A stretch of DNA of 64,000 nucleotides from Candidatus Latescibacterota bacterium (GTDB lineage: Bacteria > Latescibacterota > UBA2968 > UBA8231): the NCBI GenBank assembly GCA_965203175.1, contig OZ241867.1:1408001-1472000 (forward strand), given 5' to 3'. Shown here piece after piece: positions 37,421-46,432 of this stretch. The notes under the pieces were generated by a model. The model was not told the DNA's origin, searched no databases, and saw only the letters and a list, made by a program, of their open reading frames with translations. The position numbers and the translations under genes were made by a program. The stretch's first letter is position 1, and each line of letters begins with the position of its first letter.

Positions 37421-37743
37421 ATCGCATCTCTCCTGCGAGTAATTTTATCCGGCCTCGACGTTAAAAATGCCATAATGATGAATCCATCTTCTTCATCGCG
37501 ATATATGGCGACACAGGTCTTTTCAGTAATGTTGGTTGCATCGTAATATCGCAATGCAATCGTCGCTCCCAAATCCCCAGTGACTAAGCGATCCGGGTCT
37601 GTAACTGTTTCGAGCACCTTCTCCTGATTTCCGGCCATGTAATCATGCGACTCTGTGATGTGAACCCATTGCTTATGGGTCAATCGTACAGTATGCCGGT
37701 CGATAGAAGGCACCGTTGACAAGATAACATCTTCAGGTGACAT
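37396..37743 (-). CDS. Small RelE/BECR-fold-like putative toxin
   Basis: VRLT..QWVHI...H, PD, GFIIMAF; overlaps the DUF2283 gene. Confidence 0.65.
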   Translation of the reverse strand: MSPEDVILSTVPSIDRHTVRLTHKQWVHITESHDYMAGNQEKVLETVTDPDRLVTGDLGATIALRYYDATNITEKTCVAIYRDEEDGFIIMAFLTSRPDKITRRRDAIWIRPALT

Positions 37744-37775
37744 AGAATCAGAAAAAATAAAATACTACCCTGCCG

Positions 37776-38639
37776 TCAAACACTTTCGGCCACCATCTCC
37801 CCTTGGCGCGAGCGCTCCTGCAAGTCGTAGAGCGAGGAAATAGCGTCCTTGTACAGCGGGATGGGAAAAGAGCGCTCCTCAAAGCGCGCTGCGTGTGGGA
37901 TCCGGCCGCGCACTAGACGCGCATTGGCCTCGGTCTTATACGTCATCTCGCCAGTGTAAATCGGGAACGCATCGGCGGCGCGGTAGCTGAGGATCAGCGT
38001 GCGCCGTGGCTTGTCGGAGACATTGGCAATGGAAGCATGGGGAGTCATCGCATGCATGAAGATGACCGTGCCCGCTTCGCCGGGGATCGGCACGGCTAGC
38101 GATTGATCAACCACTTCGGTAACCCGACCTTGAAAAAACCCATCAGTGCTATGAGATAGCAGGTCAGCCCGATGGCGGCGGGGGATGACTTGCAGGCAGC
38201 CGTTTCCAACAGTCGCGTCGTCGAGATAAAAGAGGATACTCACCGACCCGCGATGGGTCAGCGGGTAGTAGGAAAGGTCCTGGTGCCACTCGACGGGCGA
38301 GCCAACGCCGGCCGGTTTCATGTTAATCTTGCTGTAGTGGAAGACCAAGTTCGGGCCGAGCAGGGCTTCGACCGCGTCGAGGAGCCGCTCCGATTGGGCG
38401 AATTCCCGGAAGACCTCGTAGTGACTACAAGGCTCGTACAGGCGACGGACCTGCGTGCCGTCAGGAGGCTGGTTAGGCTCCATCTCCATCAGGGTAACGT
38501 CGTGGTTGGCGAGCGTATTGCCAGCGCTGACGGCGTCCATCTCGCGCAGGAAAGCCGCGACCTCCTCGGCGCTGAGGAAGCCGGGCACAGCGACGTAGCC
38601 TTCGGTGTGGTAGTGTTCAACTTGTGCGGTGGTCAACAT
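37776..38639 (-). CDS. PhyH-family dioxygenase
   Basis: KINMK, EWHQD, NGCLQVIP, TPHAS..N....RR. Confidence 0.92.
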   Translation of the reverse strand: MLTTAQVEHYHTEGYVAVPGFLSAEEVAAFLREMDAVSAGNTLANHDVTLMEMEPNQPPDGTQVRRLYEPCSHYEVFREFAQSERLLDAVEALLGPNLVFHYSKINMKPAGVGSPVEWHQDLSYYPLTHRGSVSILFYLDDATVGNGCLQVIPRRHRADLLSHSTDGFFQGRVTEVVDQSLAVPIPGEAGTVIFMHAMTPHASIANVSDKPRRTLILSYRAADAFPIYTGEMTYKTEANARLVRGRIPHAARFEERSFPIPLYKDAISSLYDLQERSRQGEMVAESV

Positions 38640-38652
38640 GGTTGGTTCCTCC

Positions 38653-39396
38653 TTACCATTTTTCGATAGCGCCCATCAGCATTTTCTGCTGGTCGGTACC
38701 CGTTTCGCGAACTTTCTGCGCAAAAGGGCCGTCGAAGGGCTCGCGGGATTTCATCCAAGCGGTCTGGTAGCACATCAGGCAGACGCGGCGGCGCACCGCC
38801 GAACGATTGGCCGCGCCTCGGTGGTAGAGGCAGCCGTCGAACATCACCGCCTGACCCGGCCGGGCGAAAACCCACTTCTCCTCCGGGAAGCGCGGATGCC
38901 CCTCGGGCGGGCGGAAGGGGGCGCGGTGGCTGCCAGGGACGAGGACAATGGCGCCGTTGTCCTCGTCTAATTCGTCCAAGTAGTAGCCGCAGTTGATCTG
39001 ACCGGGCAATGCGCCGTAGGGCGTGCCGTCGGGATCAATGGGCCAGGGCACGTCGCGGTGCCAGTTCTGCTCCTCCTGTCCCGGCTCGGTAATGCGGGCC
39101 GTGGCACTGTGGAGCTGGACGCAGGTGCCCAGAATGGCCTGCATCCTCTCCAGCACGGGCGGATTGTCGAGCAGGAAGGCAAAGTCCTCGTCCTCTTCGA
39201 GCAGCTGGTGGATAAACTGCCTGCTGTCCTCGCGCGCGCAAGCCGCGTCGAGAGCCGTGCGCAGGGTCTCGACCTGCGCCCCGGTGATGGCGTCTTCGAC
39301 GACGAGGTAGCCCCACTTGCGAAAGAAAGCCACATCCTCGGCGATTTCGGGCGTCAGCTTGGGATTGAGGTGCTGCGGATAGGGCGGTTGCGCCAT
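38653..39396 (-). CDS. PhyH-family dioxygenase
   Basis: NWHRD, VPGSH, LYHRGAAN....RR. Confidence 0.92.
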   Translation of the reverse strand: MAQPPYPQHLNPKLTPEIAEDVAFFRKWGYLVVEDAITGAQVETLRTALDAACAREDSRQFIHQLLEEDEDFAFLLDNPPVLERMQAILGTCVQLHSATARITEPGQEEQNWHRDVPWPIDPDGTPYGALPGQINCGYYLDELDEDNGAIVLVPGSHRAPFRPPEGHPRFPEEKWVFARPGQAVMFDGCLYHRGAANRSAVRRRVCLMCYQTAWMKSREPFDGPFAQKVRETGTDQQKMLMGAIEKW

Positions 39397-39602
39397 GTTT
39401 TTCGCAGTACTCCTGTGTGCATTGCAGTCGTCGGCTGGCAAAATACATATTGCGCGGCAAGTCTTTTGTCAACGAAATGACAGCGACGCTTAGTTGACCT
39501 TGCGCTGGCCATGACGCTCATTACGGGGCACGAACTCGCGGTTTGGCGGTGCAAAATTGTACCGGCAGACGCACACAGTCTATTTACCCAAAGGAGCGAT
39601 CC

Positions 39603-41354
39603 ATGAGCTATCTAAATCCCCGCGCCATCGCCATTGACACGCCAATGCCTCCACCCGCTTGGGCGCTGCTGGAGTGGGAACTAATTCGGGCGCAAACTAG
39701 GGGATGCACGGAATTTTTCGCCAAATACTTCGACGAACGGGGGTATTTAGAATGCATTCCGCGCTGGGGCGGCAACGATGGGCCGGACGACGCCATCGAG
39801 AACCTAGTCCACTGGCCCGTGCTCTACACACTGGGAGGTGGGGCCCATCTGTACGATATGTGCCAGTTGGCATGGGAGGGGCATCTCAAGCAATACACCG
39901 AGGCCAAGACCACGGAGGTCCCTTTTACCCGGGACGGGATGTACTACCGCGAATTCCCAGTGATGTTCGACTGGGTACACAACGGGGAAGGGCTGACGAC
40001 GTTCAACCTGCACGGGTTGATGAACCCACGCGAGCAGGCCTTTGAGCAGCGGGTGCGGCGCTACGCAGGATTTTACATGGGCGACGACCCGCAGGCACCC
40101 AACTACGATCCCGAACACAAAATCATCAAGAGCCTGTTCAACGGCAGCCGCGGACCGCTGCTGCGCAAGGCCACGGCGCTCGACTGGGCCGGCGACCCGC
40201 TCGACGAGGTGCAGGAGCGCTTCATTCCCCTGCACGGAGAGCGCAACTTCGAGGAGATGCTGGCCCACTTCAAAGACTATACCGATGTTGTCGGCGACCA
40301 TCCGCAGAACATGGTGGCGACGGCCTTGGGGCTGAACGCGTACGCGCTGACGGGCGAGGACCAATACAAGGACTGGGTGCTCGAATACGTCGAGGCTTGG
40401 CGGCAGCGCACGCTCGCCAACGATGGGATCATTCCCACTAATATCGGACTCGATGGGACCATCGGCGGCGAGTGCGACGGCAAGTGGTACGGAGGGTGTT
40501 ACGGCTGGGCCTTTACCGTCGAGGTGCCCCAGACTGGGGCGATGGCCAGCCGCAATACGCACGGGCTGGGGATTTCGGGATTTGGCAATGCGCTGTTGCT
40601 GTCGGGCGAGCAGCAATTCGTCGATGTGTGGCGGCAGATGATCGACAAAATCAACGCCAACGGAAAAGAAATCGACGGGCAAATGATGTACCCGCATATG
40701 TACGGAGACGACGGCTGGTACGAGTTCCAGCCGGCAAAGTACGCGCACGGAGCACAAGAGGTGTACTACTGGTCGATGGACCGGGCCGATCTGAGTCGGC
40801 TAAACGCGGACAGCGGCTGGTTCGGCTTCTTGGAGGGACGCGACTCCACCTATCCAGAAGCGGCGCTACAGGCCGACTTTGCCCGTCTCCGCGAGCAGAT
40901 GGAAAAGGTGCGCCGCGATCCAACGACGCCGGACACCCGACTGTCGGACAATCCCAACCCATTCAATCCGGCCATCCCGGGCGGGCTGACCCAGCTCATG
41001 TTGGGCGGACTGACGCCGCGCCACGGCTCGCCGCTGCACTGCCGAGTGCGCTACTTCGATCCGCAGGCCGGGCGGGCGGGAATGCCCGAGGGCGTGGGGG
41101 CACTAGTGGAACGGCTCGGTGCCGACTCCATGACGCTGACGCTGGTAAACACAGACCCAGTGGCCGGGCGCGAAGTAATCGTACAGGGCGGAGCCTACGC
41201 CGAACACCAGTTTACGAGCGTGCGCGTAGGCGGGAAGGAAACCGCGATAGAGGACTCGGCTTTTGCCGTGGAGCTAGCGCCGGGAGCTGGAGAGACCTTG
41301 GAGATCGGGATGCGGCGCTATGCCAATGGGCCGACGTTTGCGTTTCCTTTATGA
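39603..41354 (+). CDS. Conserved hypothetical protein, possibly an (alpha/alpha)-barrel glycosidase/lyase
   Basis: Long ORF with AAGGAG RBS; DGPDDAIE, DWVHNGEG, GKWYGG.YGW, HCRVRYFD motifs. Confidence 0.7.
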   Translation: MSYLNPRAIAIDTPMPPPAWALLEWELIRAQTRGCTEFFAKYFDERGYLECIPRWGGNDGPDDAIENLVHWPVLYTLGGGAHLYDMCQLAWEGHLKQYTEAKTTEVPFTRDGMYYREFPVMFDWVHNGEGLTTFNLHGLMNPREQAFEQRVRRYAGFYMGDDPQAPNYDPEHKIIKSLFNGSRGPLLRKATALDWAGDPLDEVQERFIPLHGERNFEEMLAHFKDYTDVVGDHPQNMVATALGLNAYALTGEDQYKDWVLEYVEAWRQRTLANDGIIPTNIGLDGTIGGECDGKWYGGCYGWAFTVEVPQTGAMASRNTHGLGISGFGNALLLSGEQQFVDVWRQMIDKINANGKEIDGQMMYPHMYGDDGWYEFQPAKYAHGAQEVYYWSMDRADLSRLNADSGWFGFLEGRDSTYPEAALQADFARLREQMEKVRRDPTTPDTRLSDNPNPFNPAIPGGLTQLMLGGLTPRHGSPLHCRVRYFDPQAGRAGMPEGVGALVERLGADSMTLTLVNTDPVAGREVIVQGGAYAEHQFTSVRVGGKETAIEDSAFAVELAPGAGETLEIGMRRYANGPTFAFPL

Positions 41355-41447
41355 GAAAGCAGCCTAGGGAGCGATGCGATGGATTTAGAGTCCCTATCAA
41401 AACCCAAGGATGAGCCTTTTCGAAACGTGGGCATCTCGCAGCCATTC

Positions 41448-43670
41448 ATGTCTTATGTGCTGCCCCTCTTGTTACTGTTCGCGATTTCGGCTAGCCACGC
41501 TGCCTCGCTCTCGCAAGAGGAAAGCCATCAAAAAATGATGGCCCTTTTGGCGGAGGTTCGCGCGCAAAATCTCGACGAGAATCCCTACCAAGGCGAAGGT
41601 CAGCTACGACAGTTAGAAGATCAGTTGCAGGCACTGCCCGATGCAGCCCCCGTCCAAGACCGAATTAGTCTCCATTTTCGCCTGGGGATCGCCGAACTTT
41701 TCTTGGGGCGGGAACGCCGCGCCCTAGACCATCTCGCCGCGGCCGAAAAGATGCTCGCGGGGCAACACTCGGTCCCTGCTCAGGTCGTCAATGAGATACA
41801 CTTTCGCCTAGGGCTGGCGTGGCTGCGCTTGGGGGAAACACAAAACTGCGTCCTCAACCCCAACGCCGACCACTGCATCCTACCCATTCGCCCCGGCGGC
41901 TTCCATACCTTCCCCGAAGGGTCGCGCCAAGCTATCCCCTATTTCCAAGCCGTGCTCGATAATACCGCCGCAGAGGAGCGCCTACGCCTAAGTGCCCGCT
42001 GGCTGCTCAACATCGCCTATATGACCTTGGGGCAGTATCCCGAGGAGGTGCCGCCCGCTCACCGGATTCCTCCCGAAGCCTTTGAGTCCCAAGCAGCGTT
42101 CCCGCGCTGGGTCAATGTAGCTCCTGCGCTCGGACTGGACACCTTCAGCCTTTCTGGCGGGGCCGTGGCCGACGACTTCGACGGCGACGGGTATCTCGAT
42201 TTCTTCGTCTCGACATCGGACTTGGCTGGACAACTGCGCTTTTTCCGCAATGGGGGGGACGGCACCTTTGCAGACCGCACCGAGGCGGCCAACCTCAACG
42301 GGCTGTTGGGAGGACTCAACTTGGTGCAAGCTGACTACGACAACGACGGCCCCCTCGATCTGCTAGTCCTGCGCGGGGCTTGGTTCGGCGAGCACGGCCA
42401 ACACCCCAATTCGCTCCTGCGGAATACAGGAGATGGCACCTTCTCCGACGCGACCTTTGCCGCCGGTCTAGGACAAGACCACTACCCAACCCAAACCGCC
42501 GCTTGGGGCGACTACGACCTCGACGGCGATCTCGACCTCTATATCGGCAATGAAACCACCGACACCTTTGTAGCCCCCGGCCAACTCTTTCAAAATCAAG
42601 GCGACGGCACCTTCGCCGATGTGGCTCCCGCCGCCGGCGTTGACCAATACGCCCACGCCAAAGCCGTCGTCTGGGGCGACTACGACGGGGACCGCTGGCC
42701 CGATCTATACGTGTCCAATCTCGGACAGCCCAACCGACTCTTCCACAACCAAGGCGACGGTACCTTCGCCGACGTGGCTCCCACTCTCGGCGTCGTCTCT
42801 CCCCGGGCTAGCTTTCCGACCTGGTTTTGGGACTTCGACAACGACGGCCACCTCGACCTGTTCGTCGCTGCATACGCGACCACCATCGCCGACATCGCCG
42901 CCGCGCATTTGGGCCACTCAGTGTCCGTGGAGCAGGCGCGGTTGTATCGCGGCGATGGCCAAGGCGGCTTTGCGGACGTATCCCAAGACCGCCATCTCGC
43001 GCAGCCGACCAAACCTATGGGGGCCAATTTTGGCGATGTGGACCACGATGGTTTTTTGGATTTCTACTTGGGCACCGGCGACACCGATTACGCCGAGTTA
43101 ATGCCCAATGTGCTGTATTGGAACCAAGGGGGTCAGCGCTTTGTCGATGTGACTTTTGCCAGCGGGTTGGGGCATTTGCAGAAGGGGCATGGGGTCGTAT
43201 TTGCCGACGTGGACCACGATGGCGATGTGGATATATTCGAGCAGATGGGCGGAGCCTACCGCGGCGACGGCTTTGCCGATGTGCTATACGAGAACCCAGG
43301 GTTTGGTCACGGCTGGCTAGCAGTTGAAGTGGTGGGGGTGGAGTCGAATCGGTCGGGGATCGGGACGCAGCTACGGGTCGATGTGGTGGACGGAAGCCAA
43401 AGGCGGTCGCTGTACCGGTGGGTCGGCAGCGGCGGCAGTTTTGGCGGCAACCCGCTGCGTCAGTACGTGGGGTTGGGTTCAGCAGAGCGAGTAGCGCAGC
43501 TAGTAGTTTTTTGGCCGAAAAGCGGCAGAGAGCAGGTGTTCGCTGAAGTGCCAGTCAACGCGATCATCCGGGTCACCGAAGGACGGGAACAACTGGAGAT
43601 TTTAGCGTTGCCCTCTTTTGAGTTCGCTGTCGGACATCCCAAACGGGCCGAGCACCATCTACACAAATAG
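41448..43670 (+). CDS. CRTAC1/ASPIC-UnbV FG-GAP repeat protein with N-terminal TPR-like helices
   Basis: Signal peptide, repeated DxDxDGxxD, SNRSGIG, SGGSFG, GLG, V.WP. Confidence 0.9.
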   Translation: MSYVLPLLLLFAISASHAASLSQEESHQKMMALLAEVRAQNLDENPYQGEGQLRQLEDQLQALPDAAPVQDRISLHFRLGIAELFLGRERRALDHLAAAEKMLAGQHSVPAQVVNEIHFRLGLAWLRLGETQNCVLNPNADHCILPIRPGGFHTFPEGSRQAIPYFQAVLDNTAAEERLRLSARWLLNIAYMTLGQYPEEVPPAHRIPPEAFESQAAFPRWVNVAPALGLDTFSLSGGAVADDFDGDGYLDFFVSTSDLAGQLRFFRNGGDGTFADRTEAANLNGLLGGLNLVQADYDNDGPLDLLVLRGAWFGEHGQHPNSLLRNTGDGTFSDATFAAGLGQDHYPTQTAAWGDYDLDGDLDLYIGNETTDTFVAPGQLFQNQGDGTFADVAPAAGVDQYAHAKAVVWGDYDGDRWPDLYVSNLGQPNRLFHNQGDGTFADVAPTLGVVSPRASFPTWFWDFDNDGHLDLFVAAYATTIADIAAAHLGHSVSVEQARLYRGDGQGGFADVSQDRHLAQPTKPMGANFGDVDHDGFLDFYLGTGDTDYAELMPNVLYWNQGGQRFVDVTFASGLGHLQKGHGVVFADVDHDGDVDIFEQMGGAYRGDGFADVLYENPGFGHGWLAVEVVGVESNRSGIGTQLRVDVVDGSQRRSLYRWVGSGGSFGGNPLRQYVGLGSAERVAQLVVFWPKSGREQVFAEVPVNAIIRVTEGREQLEILALPSFEFAVGHPKRAEHHLHK

Positions 43671-43687
43671 CACCGGTCGGCTCACCT

Positions 43688-45415
43688 CTAAGGCGTGCGC
43701 TCGACCTGCACTGCAATGATATCTAGGTCGTGGTATTTCTGGTGTCGCACCGAAGAGGCGTAGTGCCGCAACAGACGGAACGAAATCTCGCCTTCGTCTA
43801 TTATCTCGGGCTGTTCGCTCAGATACGCCAGCCGGTCTTCGAGATTTTCTCCCGCAGCAGTCGCCAAAAACTCCAGTTCCACCGCCCCTTCGGCGGGCCG
43901 TGCGGTGAGGATCAAGTGCCGTCCGTTGGCCGCATCGTCCTCAGCTTGTTGCGTCAGAATCGCCAAAGTCTCTTCCCCTGCGGCGCACAGCCGCCCGGTC
44001 GCTGGATCGTCCCAGCCGATTTTCGCGGCAAAGGCGCGGAGGAACTCGTCAATCTTGGTCAACGAGGTAGCGGCTAACTCGACCTCTAGACGTCGGCGGC
44101 GCGGAGCCGTCAACTCCATAAACGCAGTCAGCAAGATCGCGGCAATACCCCCAGCGGTCATGCCATTGCCGAGCAAGGTGCCCCACGTCTTGCCCAGTAA
44201 ATCGGCGAAGATTACCTGATTCTGAAAGCCCACCCCAATCCAAAACGACAGCCCCACCACCACGGCCTTGCGGCTATTGAGGCCGCTCTCAACGACCAGC
44301 TTCATACCCTGCACGAAAAGTATGCCTATCAGCAGGGTTACATAGGCCGCGCCCACGGGATTGGGAATCGCAATCAGGAGGGCCGTCACCTTGGGCGATA
44401 AGGCCAGCACCGCAAAGATGGCCCCGACATATACCCCAACGCGGCGCGCGGCAACCCCGGTGAGTTCGGCGAGCGATATGCTGGTTGAGTAGGTCGTGTT
44501 GGGGGGTGCCCCGAGGAGCCCGGACAACAGGTTGCCCGTCCCATCGGCGTTGAGAGCACCCTGGACCAAGCGAAAATCGGTTGCTCGCGGCCGGCGCCGC
44601 GAGACCCGCTGAATAGCAATGCCGTCGCCAATGGTCTCAATCGCGCCTACTAAGGTTACGACCACAAACGCCGGCAGCAACGCCCAGAATTCTGCACTGA
44701 ACGTCAGGTCCAATCCCGGCCACGCGCCATCGGGAAAACCGATCCAAGGCGCGTCGATTACGGGCTGAATGTTGAACAGTCCAAAGGGAGCAGCCGCGGC
44801 GCAACCCGCCGCAATACTGATGAGCGGTGCCCACAGTCGCCAAGCCCCTGGGGCGCACAGCGCCAACACCACAAGCGTAGCGAGCGTCGCGCCGGCCGCA
44901 GTCGGAGCAGCGGCTGACGACATACCCTCGGGCACATCCGTCAGCAAGCCGAAAACGATCGGCATGACCGTGACGGCGATCAGCATGATCACCGTGCCGG
45001 AGACAACCGGTGTGAGGATCCGGCGCAATAGCGAAAGCCGCGCGGCTAGGGCAAACTGAAACAGCGACGAGACGACGATCAGACTCGCCATCAGGGCCGG
45101 TCCGCCCTGCACCAGTGCCGCGATGCAGACCGCGATGAAGGCACCGGAAGTACCCATGACGAGCACGTGCCCGGCCCCGATCCGCCCGACCCGCACCGCT
45201 TGCAGAATCGTGCTCACTCCACTGATCAGCAGCGCCGCGAAGGCGATCCAAGTTAGGTAACTCTCCGGCTGGTTGGCCACCCGGCCAATAATGATCGCGC
45301 TGAGCACCACCGGCGCGATGATGACCACCGCGGCCTGAAAGCCAACCCCAGCGGCGATGGAGTGGGGAGGCCGCTCGTCCGGCTCGTAGCGGATGTATTC
45401 ATTTACTTGCGCCAT
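43688..45415 (-). CDS. NCS2 xanthine/uracil permease with an extra C-terminal soluble domain
   Basis: STILQA, MGTSGAF, TPVVSGTVI, ETIGD, ADG, NTTYS, TGVAARRVG, SPK. Confidence 0.88.
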   Translation of the reverse strand: MAQVNEYIRYEPDERPPHSIAAGVGFQAAVVIIAPVVLSAIIIGRVANQPESYLTWIAFAALLISGVSTILQAVRVGRIGAGHVLVMGTSGAFIAVCIAALVQGGPALMASLIVVSSLFQFALAARLSLLRRILTPVVSGTVIMLIAVTVMPIVFGLLTDVPEGMSSAAAPTAAGATLATLVVLALCAPGAWRLWAPLISIAAGCAAAAPFGLFNIQPVIDAPWIGFPDGAWPGLDLTFSAEFWALLPAFVVVTLVGAIETIGDGIAIQRVSRRRPRATDFRLVQGALNADGTGNLLSGLLGAPPNTTYSTSISLAELTGVAARRVGVYVGAIFAVLALSPKVTALLIAIPNPVGAAYVTLLIGILFVQGMKLVVESGLNSRKAVVVGLSFWIGVGFQNQVIFADLLGKTWGTLLGNGMTAGGIAAILLTAFMELTAPRRRRLEVELAATSLTKIDEFLRAFAAKIGWDDPATGRLCAAGEETLAILTQQAEDDAANGRHLILTARPAEGAVELEFLATAAGENLEDRLAYLSEQPEIIDEGEISFRLLRHYASSVRHQKYHDLDIIAVQVERTP

Positions 45416-45524
45416 TGCCAAATTCACCCTTTCAGTCAGGTTGCACTGCAAATCCGTCCGGAGAAAGATGCGCCGAACTCAACCGATGCACCACCTCGTA
45501 CTCGCGCCAAAAGCCCCGTCACCT

Positions 45525-46301
45525 TCACAAACGCCATACCACCAACAACTGAGCCGTACTTTCATCTTCGTCCGTTCCGAGCTTATTGAGCCAGTATTGG
45601 TACTCAATGCCAACCATGAACTGATTGGGCGCTCCGATCACTTTGCCCAGATCCCAGGTGAACTGCGGCTGCGCGAGAATGGAATCCTTGGCGTTTTCAC
45701 CGAATTCGTTGGTGCGACCGCCTAAGTACTCGGCATGGCCGACAATGGCCAAGGACAGACTGCCAATATTGATGGGCAAGGCCCAATTGACGTCGAGTAT
45801 GAAGCTATTGTCCTCTTTGGGGGCACCGCCACCCTCGACGCCGATGTTGTCGTCGATATAGGCCGTCAGGTCCGTATTCAGGAACAGGAATCCCGGCAGA
45901 TCCCAAGAGGCTCGCAGACCGGGCAGGTATTTCACGACATTGGCGTCGCCGCCGACATTGACCCCGGCAATTAGGGCAAAATCCCGAATGGGGCCGACGC
46001 GCAATTCCTTGTTGGCCAGCTTGCCGAGACTCAGGGTTGGATACCACTCGCCGTAGAAATCTCGGTCGTTGAAATTGGTGTCGTCGCGGGCGTTGTCATC
46101 GAGGTAGTCGATAAAGAAGAAGCTGTCGCCCAATTTCCATCCCGCAGCCTGTTGCACGGTAAAGACAAAGGTCTGCTGTGTGGCGGCCGAGAATGGATTC
46201 TTGTGTTTGCCGTATTGCAGGTGGAACTCGGTTTGCGAGAAGGCTGCTGCCTGGGTAGCTAGCAGCGCGACCCAAAAAATACCGGCGAATGCTGTTTTCA
46301 T
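45525..46301 (-). CDS. Tsx/OmpK-like nucleoside-specific outer-membrane channel
   Basis: Signal peptide, GWKLGDSFFFID, YGEWYP, GIEYQYWLNKLG; co-oriented with the purine permease. Confidence 0.8.
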   Translation of the reverse strand: MKTAFAGIFWVALLATQAAAFSQTEFHLQYGKHKNPFSAATQQTFVFTVQQAAGWKLGDSFFFIDYLDDNARDDTNFNDRDFYGEWYPTLSLGKLANKELRVGPIRDFALIAGVNVGGDANVVKYLPGLRASWDLPGFLFLNTDLTAYIDDNIGVEGGGAPKEDNSFILDVNWALPINIGSLSLAIVGHAEYLGGRTNEFGENAKDSILAQPQFTWDLGKVIGAPNQFMVGIEYQYWLNKLGTDEDESTAQLLVVWRL

Positions 46302-46432
46302 TGCTATCCTCATTTCTTTTTCGATCTCTAAGACGAGTCTAAGGTACGTCCTTGACCCAGACCGCAACATCTCTCAAGTCAGAGGACACGGGGCGAAGAA
46401 TCGGAAAATTGTGAATGAATCATGGGCCTGCT

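Noticed and set aside
46302-46432. Purine or xanthine riboswitch upstream of the Tsx/NCS2 pair
   Set aside because: The context is suggestive but I could not match any conserved aptamer core by eye; an Rfam scan is needed
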